From Catajapyx aquilonaris (taxonomy: Eukaryota), in the NCBI GenBank assembly GCA_000934665.2, contig KZ538439.1, positions 1-64,000 of the forward strand: a stretch of DNA of 64,000 nucleotides. Reading direction: 5' to 3'. The stretch's first letter is position 1. Every line of letters begins with the position of its first letter. Below are positions 23,975 to 39,500 of the stretch, in pieces. The notes beneath the pieces were generated by a model. That model saw only the letters and a list, made by a program, of their open reading frames with translations. It was not told the origin of the DNA and did not search any database. The position numbers were made by a program, and so were the translations under genes.

Positions 23975-26900
23975 GCCACCCACTGACGGTTTCTCCCCTT
24001 TGACATCTTATTGGATTGCTAGCAGTCTCAGGAGACGAATAGATAGGCTAGAGTCTCGCGCTCCATCCCAATTGATTGCTTGTTAACACGACGTGACTGG
24101 AAAATGGTACGATGCTGTACTGGTTGTGCCCTGAAGCCTCTACTGGTGACGGTAACTTGGAGATCACGAGCCGGTGATATGGAGGAAGAGATACTCCAGG
24201 AGGGTGATGCGTGCTGGTCAAACTTCAGGAGGAGTCGGAAGGACCTCTCAACTTTGAGGAGAAAAGATGTTTGCACTACTGTACCACCACTGACGCTCAT
24301 CCGTTACAGTGTGATCACACTGTAACGGATGGCCATTGAACACAATGTATTATTTGTTTCGAAGCAGTGCTAAATGGTCATGTAATGCAAGCTGCTAAAA
24401 CACACAATCATTGTTTGGATGGGACGTCATATGGCAGCAATTAGCTTATGGTGGAGGCACTCATTTGAATGTGAAGTAATGTTTCCCTAATGAGGTCACT
24501 TAGGTCACATCAGCGGTAGGATCAATTTGCATATGTGGCAAAACAAAAATTGACAGACGATCAGCACCACAGCCAGAAAAGTTAGCACAGCATTTTGGCA
24601 GTAGCCCTATGCCCTATACAAATGAATTATTATCTACAGTTGTGGATCACATGAGCAAAAAGGACGCAAGTGCACTAGAAATAAAATATATATTATTTTA
24701 TGAAAATTTGATTTCAGCTAAAAAAATATTTCCATCTAAAAAAAGACAATGACACAGTTGCCTGCATAATTAAAGCACGGGAGTGTCAAGGTTGCTCTGA
24801 ATATATTGTGAAGAACATACGAACATCATCACATATTCCAAAATAGAAAATGTTATAATTACCTGTTATTTAAAATGCATACTCAAGGATATTCACTCTT
24901 AATTTAATTTCTGGGTTATTTTTACATAGTGGCATGTGCATGTCATCAACCTTGAGGTGTACCTCATTATTTTCAAACTGGTCCTCCTGCTCAGATGACC
25001 CGCATTTTGTCCGCTCTACAACAATTATTGAAACTCCTATGTGTTTGTCGGAATATTGTTGACAAAATGTGCATTGCTATTTTAGGAGCATCAGCGAAAA
25101 ATACTTTATTATTAAAGCCTATATTGTCGTTTGTCCTTTCTCTGGCACAGATACACCGCGAGCATGAGTTCCTGTTGAAAACTTGATTCATGTTGCCAGA
25201 GTCGATTGCCCGCCGGACTATGAGGTAATCGACAGCGAGGCCAACATGCTTCGGGAGGCGCATCACGAGGGTGAAAGTACCCTTCCATTACATCATGGGG
25301 CATAGATCACTTGAATTGTTAACATTTTAAAAACTTGGCCTACTTCCCACCTTCAAAGTACAAAAATCAATTGCGAACTTTAGGGAAAGGTTATACAAGT
25401 AGAACACAGTATGTGACCATAAAGCTGACACACCTTCACATTTGCTGTGCTGCAGGGGTTAAATTTAATTGTGTTGACCAACATGTGGAGTACAAAATAA
25501 TAAATAACCTGTAAATAACGATCTCTCTCACACTCATTATCGAAATTGATTAAGGTGACGCCTGCTGTACCGCCAATCTGTAATTGTCAACGAACACCAC
25601 TTAAATAAAGTCGGGTGCTCCCGCAGTTGACACAAATGCACTCCATTGGAAGCGTCAATGAATTATGCCTGACGTTCCAGCAATAAATAACTTAATACTT
25701 CAATGACTAGCTTTGGTGAATGATATTTCAACAGAGTAAACGCTAACATTGCTAATAATGCACAACTGCCAAAGTAAGCAGGACAATAATGCCAAACGAC
25801 ACCTCCAATCATGGCCTCCTGTCAATTAATCAGAGGTATGTTTCCCCGATAAATTCTGAAATGTTTCAATTTTTATTTGCTATCAGATTATGTGCCTATG
25901 CATGTTTTATGTTTATGTACCAACTCTGCTTTGCCAGTATGTTGGAGAAGGGTGCTGGGATTTCTGTTACCTCGCATCGATAGGAAAAATTGCAGTACCA
26001 TGTGTTGGCAACCCTGCCTATTGACGCATTGTCTCATTATGTAGCAATGTGTGGTGTGGTTACATAGTGCGCGTATGGTGTCACGCTGCAGGTATGGAAG
26101 AATGGGGAGAAATTGGGAAATGAGATGAAGGAAGAATAGGAGAGGGGCATTTTTCTCAGAGAGAAAAGCGCTAAAACTTCTTGTGTGCGTGGCATGATGG
26201 CAATTACTGGTCTTTTTGTCTCATGTAATTACAACCATGTTCTGTACCTGCCAGCATAAAACCGGGATGAAAAAATAATGAGTTTCAGGATAATTTCTGA
26301 TTTTTCTTCATAATTATGATGGGAGCGAGAATGAAAGATTCATTGGTGATACGTGACACTTACGTCATATCCCGAATAATAATCAGCAAGATTAGTGCAC
26401 GTATGTCCCTCATCATTTTTCAAATTAAGACCGCATGGATATCGTTATTTCAATATCACTGCGTTTCCGTTTGATTAGGTACACGTAGATGATGAACATA
26501 CTGTAGATTATATTGAGAATCCACCTAATAAGATGGGCAATTCCTCGCGGTTCTGACCGATTACATGACCAAATACGAATATATCATTTAATCTTATCCG
26601 GGTTTTTTTTTCTAGTGAATCTCCCTGGAGTTGTGAAGCCCCGCACAAGTTAAGCTAATTTCCGAGCCTCACTATAATATACTACAAGCATACATGATAC
26701 GAAAGCACCGCATTTGGCAATAACATAAGGCGATGGGACAAGACAAGCTAAGCTTACAAGAAATATATTAACTCGAGTACAGCACATATACCGGTCTTGT
26801 TGATTCGGGCCAGCCATGTACAGTATACTATTTGAGTACGGAATTTTGACCGCATAGCCTGGTGTTTACATAATTTTATCACCTGTTTTCACATGTTTTC

Positions 26901-29900
26901 CATTAATATTTAGTTTCACATTCTATGTACTGTGCAATATTGATATACCCTATAAATTACACATATGAACATGGGACAAATGTACCAAATGCGAGCTAGT
27001 GATAACTCTAACAACAATAAATAAAATACTTTTCTGTAACATTTTCCAGTGAAAATTACCAGGGAGGTAAGAAATTAGCCAGTACTAGAATTATTAAAAT
27101 AGTGAAGGATTTGTTTCTCTCATAAGCTAAAAAGAAAGTCCCGGAGGAAATAAATGTTGAACTATATACCGGGAGACTATTGGAGGGAGGGGGTGGGAAC
27201 GTATTTTTTAACTACTGATAAATTACAAACACGATAATTTTGCATATGGGCAATAAGGTGAATAATTCCTCTTTTAATTGATATGCAGCATTGATGTAAT
27301 TGTATGCATTCTTGTAGTCTTACACGCTCGCACTGGTAAAAAGCCAATGCAATAATCAATTGCACCATCATTATCTCTCCACAAAGGTTCTGGTTCAATA
27401 AATTATTACCGTGTTTGCTGCAAGGCTATTCATTCTCAGGCTATCAAAGGGTCATTAAAATGCACACACTTTAAATCATAATGCCAATGGAGTTGTACCG
27501 GTACGGACTACGACTATACAGTACTCCTATCGATAATGCATTATTAAATAACAACGTCTCCTTGGACCATGATAAAATAATTATCTGCTTCAAGAAGACA
27601 ATGCAAGCTCCTCTGGAATATCTATTTGCTTGTAGAGGATAATACTGAAGGTAAAGCGGAGAATATAATTATAATATCCCATGCCACAAAGTCATTATTG
27701 GTTTTCATGTTACTGTATTATTTATGCATCCATATCATAAGCTGATATTAATCCCTTGTTCAAAGTTACAACTACAGTACTTACTTTGGTAAGAAAATGC
27801 CCAGGACAATTACTCCTCCGCTTTAAAAATCGCAGCTGCTCCGGCTGTTGTTCTAATTATCATACGTGTGTAGTCTCTTACTATAACTGGAATTCGCGTG
27901 GATATTATTTATGAATGGTACTCAGAAGGTAAGCATCCGAAGATTGGCAAACTGCTGACATGTTTACAGCCCATCATTCAGTTCAATCCTGCTGACATCT
28001 TGCTTTCGCACCCAGACACAAAACGAGTCCTAGACAAGTACACTGAAAACGCAGAGACGTCTCGACCTGTCCTCCACCCCCGCTGGGGAACGAGAGTGGG
28101 GAAAACCTCATGTCTCCAGCAAGCAGCAGCACCGGTGTGGGTGTGACACATCCGCGTGACGTGCGTGGCCGGGAAGCGTCCCCTCATCAACATGACTGAA
28201 GCAGATGGCGAGAATTACAAGCTTCACGTCCCACGTGGGCCAAGATGCCACGGAAGAGCCCTGCCCGCAACTACTCCCTAAAAGGACAGCTGTCAACTGC
28301 TCTCCAAACTTGTCAACCCGGGTCACCGAAGTTATGAAACTTCAATGAGGCTGCACGTGTGTCCAAACATCCAACCCACCCAACGATTATCATATGATGG
28401 TTCTCCCTCCAATAAATATGAGGATGGGATGGCTCCATCCAATAAAATAACAGGAGCAGCCACCTCCGGCCAACAGGAAAGTAGTGAAGTTGGCGTGGGC
28501 GCAAAACGGTTGCAAATTGAAAGCGAGTTCTGGTGGGCATTAGGCCCAGGAAGAAGACTTTGACGGACGAGGCCGGCAGACTTTCCTCCGCCCCCTTCCT
28601 AATTGGCCCGGATTTCCCCGGGTGCTCGGGGTTTTTGGCCTAAGAAGCTCCTCCCGGGGCCAGCTAGTCTGCCCGCCCCGTTCCCCCGTATTTCCTCATC
28701 GCCGTCCGGAGGATCCGGGACACACAACCCCAGCCAGCCAACTCCCTCCTGCAAACCTCCGGTTATAAATCAATCAGCAAGTGAAGTGAACTAAGCTTCC
28801 GGAACTGGACCCCCCAGAAGAGAAGGGGGCAGGTTTTCTCCGTTTCTTCTACTCGTTCCGGATCGGAAGGAACGAAAATCCGGGTGAGAAAAGGAACAAT
28901 TGGAGAGGCGACGCTGGGTAGTGTCGGTCGGACGTTGATGAATGATTCCGGGTTGCGAGAGGGTCACTCCGGATTCTTATCCTCGCAAAAAGTTAGCTGT
29001 GCCCCCCCTTCACACCAGTCCTCGTGAGATTCCACTGTCACCTGTAACCACTTGAAAGGATGGGGATGGAGACCCCTACTCTTGACAGCCTAACTTGTAC
29101 GATGGCAAAAAAAACTAGGCATGACATCTGTTGGGAAAAGAGGTTCATATAAAGTGTCATTTTACGGTAGGATAAGCCGTAATAATGGTCGATTTACGCT
29201 CCGTAACAAGATCCAAAATTTAGTTTCGGACGAAAGTTGACATTTAATGTTGTTTTAAGATGGCGCTTATGAGGGAAATAACTGCTTGCTTTTGCCCCAT
29301 AAAGCGATATTGTCATAGATAAATGGAATAAAACGAGAGGGGGTAGCTGCAGATGGAAACGGATTTACACCTATTAGATACGTCTTCAGCAGGAGCCGGT
29401 TTACACCGATTGGATCTCTGTTTAATTACAACGTTGCGTAATGCGATAAAATCCGGTTGTAAAAATAGTGCATTCTACTCGAAAAATAGGGGTGTAAGTG
29501 TAGTAGTGAGTGGCAGAGGAGTGACGCATGGGAATCCGTCCACTTAAAACGGGGCCTTAAACTTGATGAAGGGGTGCGACGGTTCGGTTGCAACGATTCA
29601 GGATAGAGTAGTTTTAGGAGCCATTAAAGGTGGTTGGGGGTGGGGGTCCATTTTGTGGTTGTCAGGAAAGGAAGGATTATCACTGCGGCCGACTTTACAG
29701 CCTTACAGCTTTTGTTCCCAGGATCTCATGGCCACTCCTCCAGCTTCCAATTTACTTAATTAAGGCCACATTGTTGTCCACTACCTGACGTCGTATATCA
29801 TGCAGATGCAATATGAAGGTGGGGATAGTGCGAGACAGTTTGACCTTTGGTCGCATTGCGCAAACAGGCGTGACATTTACCATCACCATGACCTCTTCGG

Positions 29901-30500
29901 GTGTGAGGATTAATACTTCACGAGTGCTAGTGACATTGCAGCAGTGGGCGGGACAGTAGCTACTGAATTATAGAAGCGTTGGAGTAATTTGGGGTCGTCG
30001 GCGGTACTGTTCTCAAAGTGCCAGCAGCATAGTATACGTGCGTTCCGCACTGCAGACCCCACTTCATACTGCCTCTTTCATCTTCAAACCTACCCCTTCT
30101 TTGAAAAGTTTTTAAACGCACTACAAAGTTGCTGAAATTGTCAAAAGTGCATAGCGCATAGTCAAAGGCCTCCTATCGTGGAATATATCGGGAACAACAG
30201 ACTGGGCGTGCCACATTCGGTTCAAGATTTAGCAATTTTGAAGAAAATACAAAGTTTCTCCCAGAGCATTTTTGTCGCATTGGAGCGAGACACGGAGACA
30301 AAGACACGTCAGAGCTGTAATTAGTCAAACTTACCATGCCAGGTGTGTGTCTGTTATCAAAGGGAAAGCACGCCAGTCTCTTTCCTACTTGCAAACTACA
30401 ATAACTAGCTCGCTATCTCTAACTCGTGCTCCAACTTGCAAGAGCAAACACAATGCCAGAGGAGTCTTGTCATCTCTGCAAACTGCTTCTTCCACTTCCA

Positions 30501-30524
30501 TCCTTCCTTCCTTCCTTCCTTCCT
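30501..30524 (+). repeat. (TCCT)6 microsatellite
   Basis: Read directly from the sequence. Confidence 0.85.
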
Positions 30525-33500
30525 CACCGTTTACCTGCCAAATCGCTTTATGTATATATACATCCACTTCTCTCTCGTCTGCCGTCTTTTGACATTCCCG
30601 GTTCAAAAATTCCCTTCCGTGATGTTGCAAAAAAAAATCAAATCGCCATGTAATCCTTTGAACAGCTCGCGACATATTTTCTTACAGTATCCAGCCCTCT
30701 TTCCACCCTGGAACCAACTCTAGTGAAAAACGGTTCCACGTCCACTTTTCATCCCGCTACTTGCAGAGTCATTGACGTATCTAAGGTTGACCAACCCATC
30801 CTTCTTGGCAGCCGGAATGTGCCAGAGGCCATTTTCCGCCGTCCAAAACACACTGTAATGTTCACCAGGCCTTACTTGTCAAGAACTTTGCTGAATAAAT
30901 CATGCGCACTTGCTAGCATGTTCTTAATCTGCCCATCGCCATTGTTGCAATCAAGCACACTTTAATGAACGCTGATTGTTGTTGCATGGCATCGTCTTCG
31001 CGACTCAATTTCTCCCCCTTGTCCATTCCGCCCCATTTGTCACCTTGTCACTTAAGTAAGCAGCCCAACAAGCACCATCCCCACCTCTTCCGTATCGATC
31101 TCCTATAGATTTCCGGTCTCCCTACCCACCCAATACTTGTCTCTTTTTATATTCCTTGAGTCACAATGGAGCTCAGGATGAGCTTTTGCACTCCTTGTAA
31201 ATCGGAAAATTGAGCGGCTGGCTTGAGGGGGTGGGCAGAGAGGAAAGGTAGGGGTGAAGAGGGAGGGGGGTAGGAAACGATACAAATTGCTCTTTACCAC
31301 GCCTGGCAATCCCATGAAAAATTTAAGCGCGGGTTATTTCAGCTGAGGAAATGACTCGCTTTCCTTTTGAACCAAGGGGATAATGGATTTTTATTTCCAA
31401 CCCAGAAGTGCAGCTCCAAATAACACTCAATTTAAATCACATCTTTAAAAAACAAGACACTGTACCTGCCTAACCTGTAGTTGAGGCGATTTGTACAAAG
31501 CAAGGCTTTTCCAAAAGCGCCTAGAGGAGCAAAGATATCAACAAAGTTTCAAAAAAAAAAAGAGAGGCTCACTCCTCAAATATCTTTCCCTCCCCGGCAC
31601 TAGTATAGTAAGTGTAGTGGGAGGATAGAGATGCCGACCCCTGATCAATACTCGGTCTCTACTCTGCTCGCCCGGACCTCCCGTGTCGTCTCACAGGTGT
31701 GTAGGACAGTTGATTGTACCCCTCCAACCCCTGAACCCGACCAAAATTTGCCATCAGCCTTTATTCTAGCACGCACCATGGCCCTATCATGCTATGCAAA
31801 TTGTGGCCTGCTTTCTTTCACCCTGAATAAAATTGGGAAGCTCCACCCCACATGTAAACAAGTAGGGTCTTTTATACAGTAGGGACAAAGAACAGCGGTC
31901 CTACCATCTAAATGTTTTTCCTGCTCCTAATATAATTTGTGCGGCGGCCAACTTCTGGAGTATTGAATATGTCTCGGTTGTCACAGAACCGTGTTGGTTA
32001 GGGGTTGTGTACAAGCAAAAGCGCAACAGTGGCAAATAAGAGACGACAGGCTGAGTCTGCAACATGGCAGTTATTGCTGCCTGGTCCACCCCACCAAAAG
32101 CTTCTTTTTTTGTGGGTAGGGGGGTGGAAGAGAGGTGATGGTCTTTGGGATAATTTTCCTCGACAGCTGCAATGCAGTATCTCTCGCAGGATTCTTGCTT
32201 TTTCTACACCCCCTTTTTCCCCTTTTGGGCCACCTCTCCACATTCCCACTTTGAAATTTTAATGCTGACCAGCCTTGCCTTTCACCCTAGGATTTACTTC
32301 CACAAATCCCTGCTCCAATGTTCCCTAGCCCGTCGCAGGCTCAGACTCGCCATCATGATACAAACGCTAATATGACACGTGATAAGGAGCAAATCTTTAC
32401 TGTATAAGGATGCAGTGTGTCTTACTTCTAAACAAAAAAACTTGAGCTGCCATCCAGATCCGATGAGAATACACTTCAACCATATGACACTAAAAGAGAC
32501 TGTAGAAAATTGCAGTACTTACTTAAGCCGTGAAATGTGAGCAAGAGTAGAAAATTCGTCGATGTGTTCAGCAGCAATGTTGCCAGCTCAGTCACCAACT
32601 GTAAAGTAACACGCAAAAATAATGTTAGTCTTCCTTGAACAAATCGTCGGAATGTTAATGCCAGGATATCTTCAGAGGGCATGACGTGTCCCTCACCAAT
32701 CCATACACTTGTCTCTAATCAAGTTGGCGTCACGACGTCTGTCCAGTTAAAAGTGACGGATGGACTCTTTGCTCCTGATTGCTGTTAACGACCACGACAC
32801 ACTTGACTCATTTAGCTCCTTTATATCCTCTTCATGGCCAGTTGTAGAGGGGACTGGGGAGGGACAGAACCAACATTGAAGGGGAGGAGGATGAGTCTAT
32901 TCTTCCAGATGTGTATCCCAACCGTACAGAATGGAGCCAATCAGACTTTCATGACGATTGGGATGATAGCTGGGCAAAGATCGTTTGTGCAAAGGTGGAA
33001 AAGAGAATTTTTCTTCTTCCTCTTTTCTGTGTGAGAAAAAGTCGTCTCGTCTCGGTCCTGGTTCTTTCCTGCTGCTGGTCGACATTCGATCTCTCTTTTT
33101 CTCCCTTTGCTGCTTAAGCTTCCAAAGTTGGCCGGGAAGTCTCGCCGTTGCCGCCGCAAAGGATTTTTGCTCCTCTTTCTTTATGGCCCAGAGGAGGAAA
33201 AGTTGGCGAGGAGGAGTTTGGCCAAGAAACTCGCAGGTGCTTTAAGGAGGCTCGGGACCCACTTCCATACCTACTTTGGATAAGTTAGCGCCGGTTGCGC
33301 TCTCTACCTCTCCTTATCCACTTACGCCTTCTTATATCTTTCTCCTTCCTGCCCAACACTCTTCAACTATCGCAGTTTACACTGATATGTGCTTCTACAA
33401 CTCCAGGGACATTCTGTGTTAGCGCTGGTTTTTACGACACGCCTTGATTAACGTAGCACCAAATAATCGCGATAACGAGTGTAAAAAGACAAACTCTAGC

Positions 33501-36500
33501 GCAATTATTCCCCGACAGAACTGAGAAGAAAGTATATAGACTTTTCAGGACGTGTACAAAAAGTTGCTCTTCAGCGACGCCAGATGCTGCACCAAAGGAG
33601 ACCTGACAAGTATGGTTGCTCCCAAAACAAACTTTTCCTCCACAAACTCCCCACTTGACCCGATTCCTGAGCAATACATTTATAGCAGTTTGTCGCATTA
33701 CCGCCACATTTTTGTCCAAGGAAATCGCATCAAGCTCGGCAACATCATGAAGACGGGGGAGGTTTCCAAGTATATATAGATCGAAGAGATAATCCGGCTT
33801 TGAACATGGCGGCGTGACTTGATCCCAGCACATGGGCCCCGCGGGAATGTCTGCAGTGGGACGGCTGACTTGTCTTTGGCGAAAACATCATTATAATTTC
33901 CGCCTCCCGGAGGCCGAAATGGAAACGTCGAAGTCAAATTACGAGAGGCGCACACGAAAGAGGGGAAATGATTTCCAATGTGCTGAAACGGCAATTTTAT
34001 TACGCGTTTTCCCTCCGTCGAGTCCATGCGGGGTTCTGCTCTAAAAAAAACTGACTGACAGACAGAATCACGCCTGATGCCTTCCTCTAACCGTTCATTG
34101 CAACATTAGCCTCAGGCCATAATATGCGTATACCTGAGTTGCCTCCTGTTACCGACCGTAAAATAGGCTGCATTGCAGAGTACATGCGGTTTGTACCGGC
34201 ACCATAACGGCCAGCTCAATGCAAGCGATTGGCGTAATTATTGGCATACACGCCACAGGATCCAAGATATTTAATAGGCACGTACATAAAATGAGCATCG
34301 ATTACCCGGTCGTTTCCCACTAAAAGCGAAGATATGAAGGGTTTTTAAGGCCCAATTTGGGTAGTTATGGATCAAACGGGAGGAACTCCGCCCCTCTATC
34401 TGGAAATATTCATGAGGCTGGCAACAGTAGGAATTAGTTGCGAAGGAGAGGAGGGAGGCCCCCCTCCTAACTCTCCTGGCCCTACCACCCACAGCCTCAA
34501 CTCCGAGCTTTGTCGTGAGCCACGCTTCCGTTAATGAGCTTTGATCAATTACTGGGCTAGAGGAAGCTTCTCTTGGCCTCAGACTCTGACGTCATCCAGT
34601 GTGGACCAGTAGTAGATTATAGGAGAGCCACTGCAGGATTTGCATTCCCAGCCCCCCTTTTCCTTATTCGCTTGCAAGCGGTCAACACAAGCAGCAGTAG
34701 CTTCCAACACACTGATTGCTCTACGAACAATTACTACTCAATTGCCTTTCCAAGTTGTGCTAACTTGCCAGGTACGCTTTGTTAACTAACTTTGTCCACC
34801 GGTCACCAGAGAAATGCCCTCTATACCTGACAGCCTGATGGTCTTTGACAATGCAACAAACGCGGCTATCTGTTCGAGAGAGTAGAGGACCCAAACCGTC
34901 TCTTCCTACAATCACTCTCAGTATCGATTTATCGCATCCTTAATTAGCGCTGATTAAAGCAGGGATTGAACGATCCGAAGAAAATTAGGACCGTGCCAAG
35001 CCCTCTTCTTTTCCACTTCCCATTCAGCTGGCGAACGTTCTTTCGATTCTTTTTCTCTCTTTTTTTTTAGCCCCCCGGTTAGAAAGGAAAGCAAGAATAA
35101 AGTGCTTAATTTTTAACAGAGAGTAATCTCTCCCGTCCGTTTTTTACGGAGAATGATTTAGGCCAAGCTCCATGAGAAAATGACGTACGATTGACGTTAG
35201 GCTCATCTCATATAGACAACTACTCTCAAGTTGAATACACACATTCTTTACTGCATAACTGTAATGAAAGAAGGCCGTCATCCTGACGAGATCACGTCGT
35301 CTTCCCCCCGCTTTCCAATCGAGGAGTGGTACTCACAATTCAATCTAAGAAGTGAGTTCACGTGTGAGCCTGATAGTGAGGACCCCAACAGATTGATTGA
35401 TTCCTTCCCTTGAGGCCGAAGAGAGGGGGACGAAGCTTCGTTGGCTGGTTCCATCGCCTGAAGGATTTGGGAAGAACCCATGTTTCGACTGGGGTGTAGT
35501 ACAGGGGAATGGGCGTGCTGATCAATTCCTGGATCCCCTTGCAGGTGTCACATGATGTACGTAGGTGGTGGATGAGGTGTTTAACACTAATTAGTCGGGG
35601 TGAAAAAAGGTATCGCTTGCTCCGTTTAATGAACTGACCCTCTGGAGGAAATTTAGAGCTGGCTGAGAGCATTGCAGTAAACATTTTGTGGTACACGAAA
35701 GCCCTATTTTGCATCCGCTTACCTAATTAATTTCACAAATGAAGTTCAAATAGCGCCTCCACTCGACTGTACGGGCCGAAAAATGGCGGCATCAGAAGTG
35801 CATTGTTGCCATCGTGAATAGGGGTGTCAAGCACCCGGGCAAGTCGAGTGGGTATATCCTCTGCCAGCCCAGCACCGCAGCCTAATTATAACCATTAATT
35901 AGTCCAGAATACTGACCCCCGTCCAACTATTAATTTAACTACTATCACGGACCAGGAGAGATAATTTAATGAGGTGAACCTTAAAAGCGGAGTTGCCAAA
36001 ATTTGCACAGCCGCAGCCGACTCAGTGTCATTTCCAGGCGCACATCATTTGATTACCCGCGGAGAATTATTGGTTTCATCATCCCAGTGGCACTGCAACT
36101 TGCACACGTCATACAGAAAGGGCTAGAGGGATGCTGCTGCATTGCAAACTGCGGGAGGTTTTCAACAGGACTCGCGACCAACTCGCTGGAAATCGCAGAC
36201 CACTGAATGCAAGTTTAGTGCAATACTCCAGATTGCGAGACGACGGTGGTGGGTAAATAGCCCTCGGGGTGTGAATCGTGGGTGGTATGGTGGTGCCACC
36301 AGGCAGCGTGGTCGAAGGAACAAAGACTTGATTGTCCAGGCGGACCCCGAGCTAGAGGGGTGGAAAAAGGTCGATAAAACACGTGCTGATGTTGTACCAC
36401 CTTTTAAACGTAATTTGAAACGGAGTGTGCCAACCCGCCTTCCTAAACCGAAAGGACCTTTTGGATGAGAGACGTCCAGGTCTTCGATCGGATGCCACAA

Positions 36501-39500
36501 CGCTCTTAAGCCCTTTGTCAGCGGCACACGCTTCAAAAGGACCGGGTGTGACTCCTCTATTGCCCTTCCACTCTCTGGGATACATCTCACCTCGACACAC
36601 AGCCTTAAAGTATACACCTCATGTGCTACTAGGACGGGCCTCGGAAAAAACCCCGGGAGGAGCCAAAATAGGTCAGGTTAAAAATTCAGGAGAAGCGCGA
36701 GTGAAAATGAGGCAGTTCGTCCCGGGCCAAGTAATGGCTGCCGTTGCTCCACGGTTGCCCGGATGCTGACGTCATGACACCCCCCTCCTCCCCTCCCTAC
36801 ATTTGGGGACATATGCAACGTGTCAAGCCGTCGCACAACACCAAGGGTGGAATCTTGGCCATCAATGAAACATGAGCTGGCTGAGAAGCAATTTTTCCCT
36901 CGAGCAATACTAATATTGACCATCAATCATCACCCACTTTCACGGGTGTATAAGGGTAGGGTTCCCAAAGTTCATCACTCGTAAATAATACGGTATCAGT
37001 TATTGCTCCATGAAAGTTCCAGTCACTTTTTTTTCATTTACACTGCATACGCTGCACATGCCTTGAATACGAGAACTATCAAGCTGCTACAGTACATGTA
37101 GAGCAAACCAAGATAATTCATTGTGCAAATGTTTCTGTCTACACATATTGGCATCCTTTCCAGTTTGACATAACTTAGGCTATATAATATGTAGAAGGTG
37201 CTATACTGACCATTTCACTTTGACACGACATGCTTATGTATACGGGACAGCTAAAGGCCTAATTTGTGTCTCATAAATTTTGAGTTAGTCCATTTCACTA
37301 TTTACGAACACTACACCGTAAATTGCTCAGTAATACCAGTGGCACAATATGCCAAGCAAAGGCACAAAGAAAACCAAAGCTCATATCTTATTCGATATGA
37401 AACATTATTGTACTTGACTCAGGCAGTTTGCAGGGGACTTCTGAGCAAGAGGTATCCTATAGCAGGAAATTAATGAAAGCAATTACATGTTAATGAATAA
37501 CAACGTCATCAGCGTCTTTGTGGCATGCTGCAGGTTGAAACAAGCACTTTGACTATTGATCTAGTGTGCACCGTACAAGGTCTACGCTGAGGTGCATCCA
37601 GTATTTTAAAAATTACCAACCCTCCAGCTTCCATCCGGAAATAATTTGTGCAGCCTCAGCATAAGAAGCTCCATTGTGAGTCTCAGCAGTTCTGAAACTT
37701 TGGAATAGTCAAATGCACCCTATAAATTTAGCTTTTGAAGCATGCAACCTACACTAATTATAGTATGTTAATGTTATTTGATATTCAAATGCCTATACTG
37801 TAGTTTTTCAGTGCTGCACGTTGATTTATGAAAAAAACCTATGTTTAAACACTGCCGGGATATTGCTGTGACAGTATATTATTGCTTAAATAATGCAAAA
37901 ATATTAATCTATTATTAGTACATGTCATGGTTCGAGCACTTCTGACTTGCTCATTAAACAATAAACGAATCCTGCATACATTATTACAAGCCAACCTAAA
38001 ATTTAATTAAATTGCGCTTTCCTCTCCAACTCTATTTACCAATCCGAACCTTTTCTAAGAAAACGTACTTTCCAATTTCCTAATCGTCCTTCTCACTGCT
38101 TCTTTTGATATTTTTTCGTCTCTCTTACAGATACTCGACCTCGTCAAAGTCCTGCAAAGCAGAAAATTACACAGAAGAAACAAAGTTTATCTTCGTAGCC
38201 TCTCTGACTTGAAAATTGGCCCGCACCATTTCCGGCAACTCTCGTTCGGACTAACGAGACCGAGGATATCTTTGGCTCTGAACAAAGATTCCAAGCAAGG
38301 GAGAAGGGGACCGTTGAGTATCAAAGAGAAGATTGAGTTGAGCATCTACAGACACGGGTTTGTCTCTTTTTCCTCCGGTGTGGATAAGACGAGAAGTTGA
38401 GTGGGTGTCTGCGGAGTCTGTTATGCGGTTGGGTAGCGAGGCGGTATCTAAGCAGTAGGCCCATAATTGAGCCCGGTGTCTGGAAGGTCGCTGGGGCGGC
38501 AAATGACTGCGCTTCCGGCTGGTACTGTAACATAGTGCCAACCGCACTCTTCTGCCCTGGTCCTCCTCCCTCGTCGACAACCACCGCCTTCCAACCCAAT
38601 GAGCATACCCTCCCTCCTCCGTTTCCTGCGACTAGGTCTCATGCTGCACCAAAGTCCCGGCCACTAAGCTCCTGCGGCTTCATGCCTGCATGCATGGCTG
38701 GCGTCGCTGACACATGAGCAAGTCGCCCTTCCCTTTCTCACCTCCAGACTTAACTTCATTTATTTGCGCTGATCAATCCCACTGGGGGTTGTGCGCACCG
38801 GGCTCTCTCTCCGCCTGGGTGTCCTCTGGCGGTGTGTCCGCATGGTAAGTGCCCGTCTCTTCGCCCACAGCCAACCAGCTCCAATTTATTCTGGCCCGAC
38901 ATACTAGCACTTTTTCCTCCGTTCTCTTTTCCGGAGAGGCCTTTTGGCGTAGCGTCTCTGGGTTCATCCAATAAACCTTTCTTCTGCTTCGATCCCCCCC
39001 TCTGCCTAGAGAAACACGAGCGATAACAAGGCAACCACCCAACCACCCCACAACTATCTTCTCCCGGGTTTTTTCTCTTTTGTTTCAGCAAATCCCTTCC
39101 CAGCAACCTGAAGAACGTCCCCTCGGAGCCATTGCGGGAGCACAAATCCGGGCGATTTCCCGGACACGATTGGCCAAAACGCACGTCTTTCGGGACCTCT
39201 CTCCAGTATTCTGTAAGCTGGACCTATCCGATGGTATGCACGCACGCATCCATGCGCTTGTATCCAACTCTGAAATATTTTTTTTTTGGTGTTGGCCCCA
39301 TTCCCAAAACAAGCTATCCAGCTTCTCATTCCATGGTTGCTTCACCTCCAAGCTCCCCTCCCCCACCTGGCTGTCGGCCGCAGATCTGGCAGATGCCGCC
39401 ATAGTTGTCGCCCTAGTTCCCCCGCAAACACTCTGTTTTTTGTTCCGGCACAGCTAACCTGCCACTTTCGTGTCGCCTGCAATAGTTTCATGTTTCCTCA

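Noticed and set aside
24991..25266. ORF containing LPKHVGLAV, reminiscent of a motif in some invertebrate transposon-related proteins
   Set aside because: The resemblance is limited to ~9 residues and does not continue in the flanking sequence.
27640..27661. TAATACTGAAGGTAAAG resembling miR-8/miR-200
   Set aside because: The 3' half diverges and no complementary arm forms a precursor hairpin.
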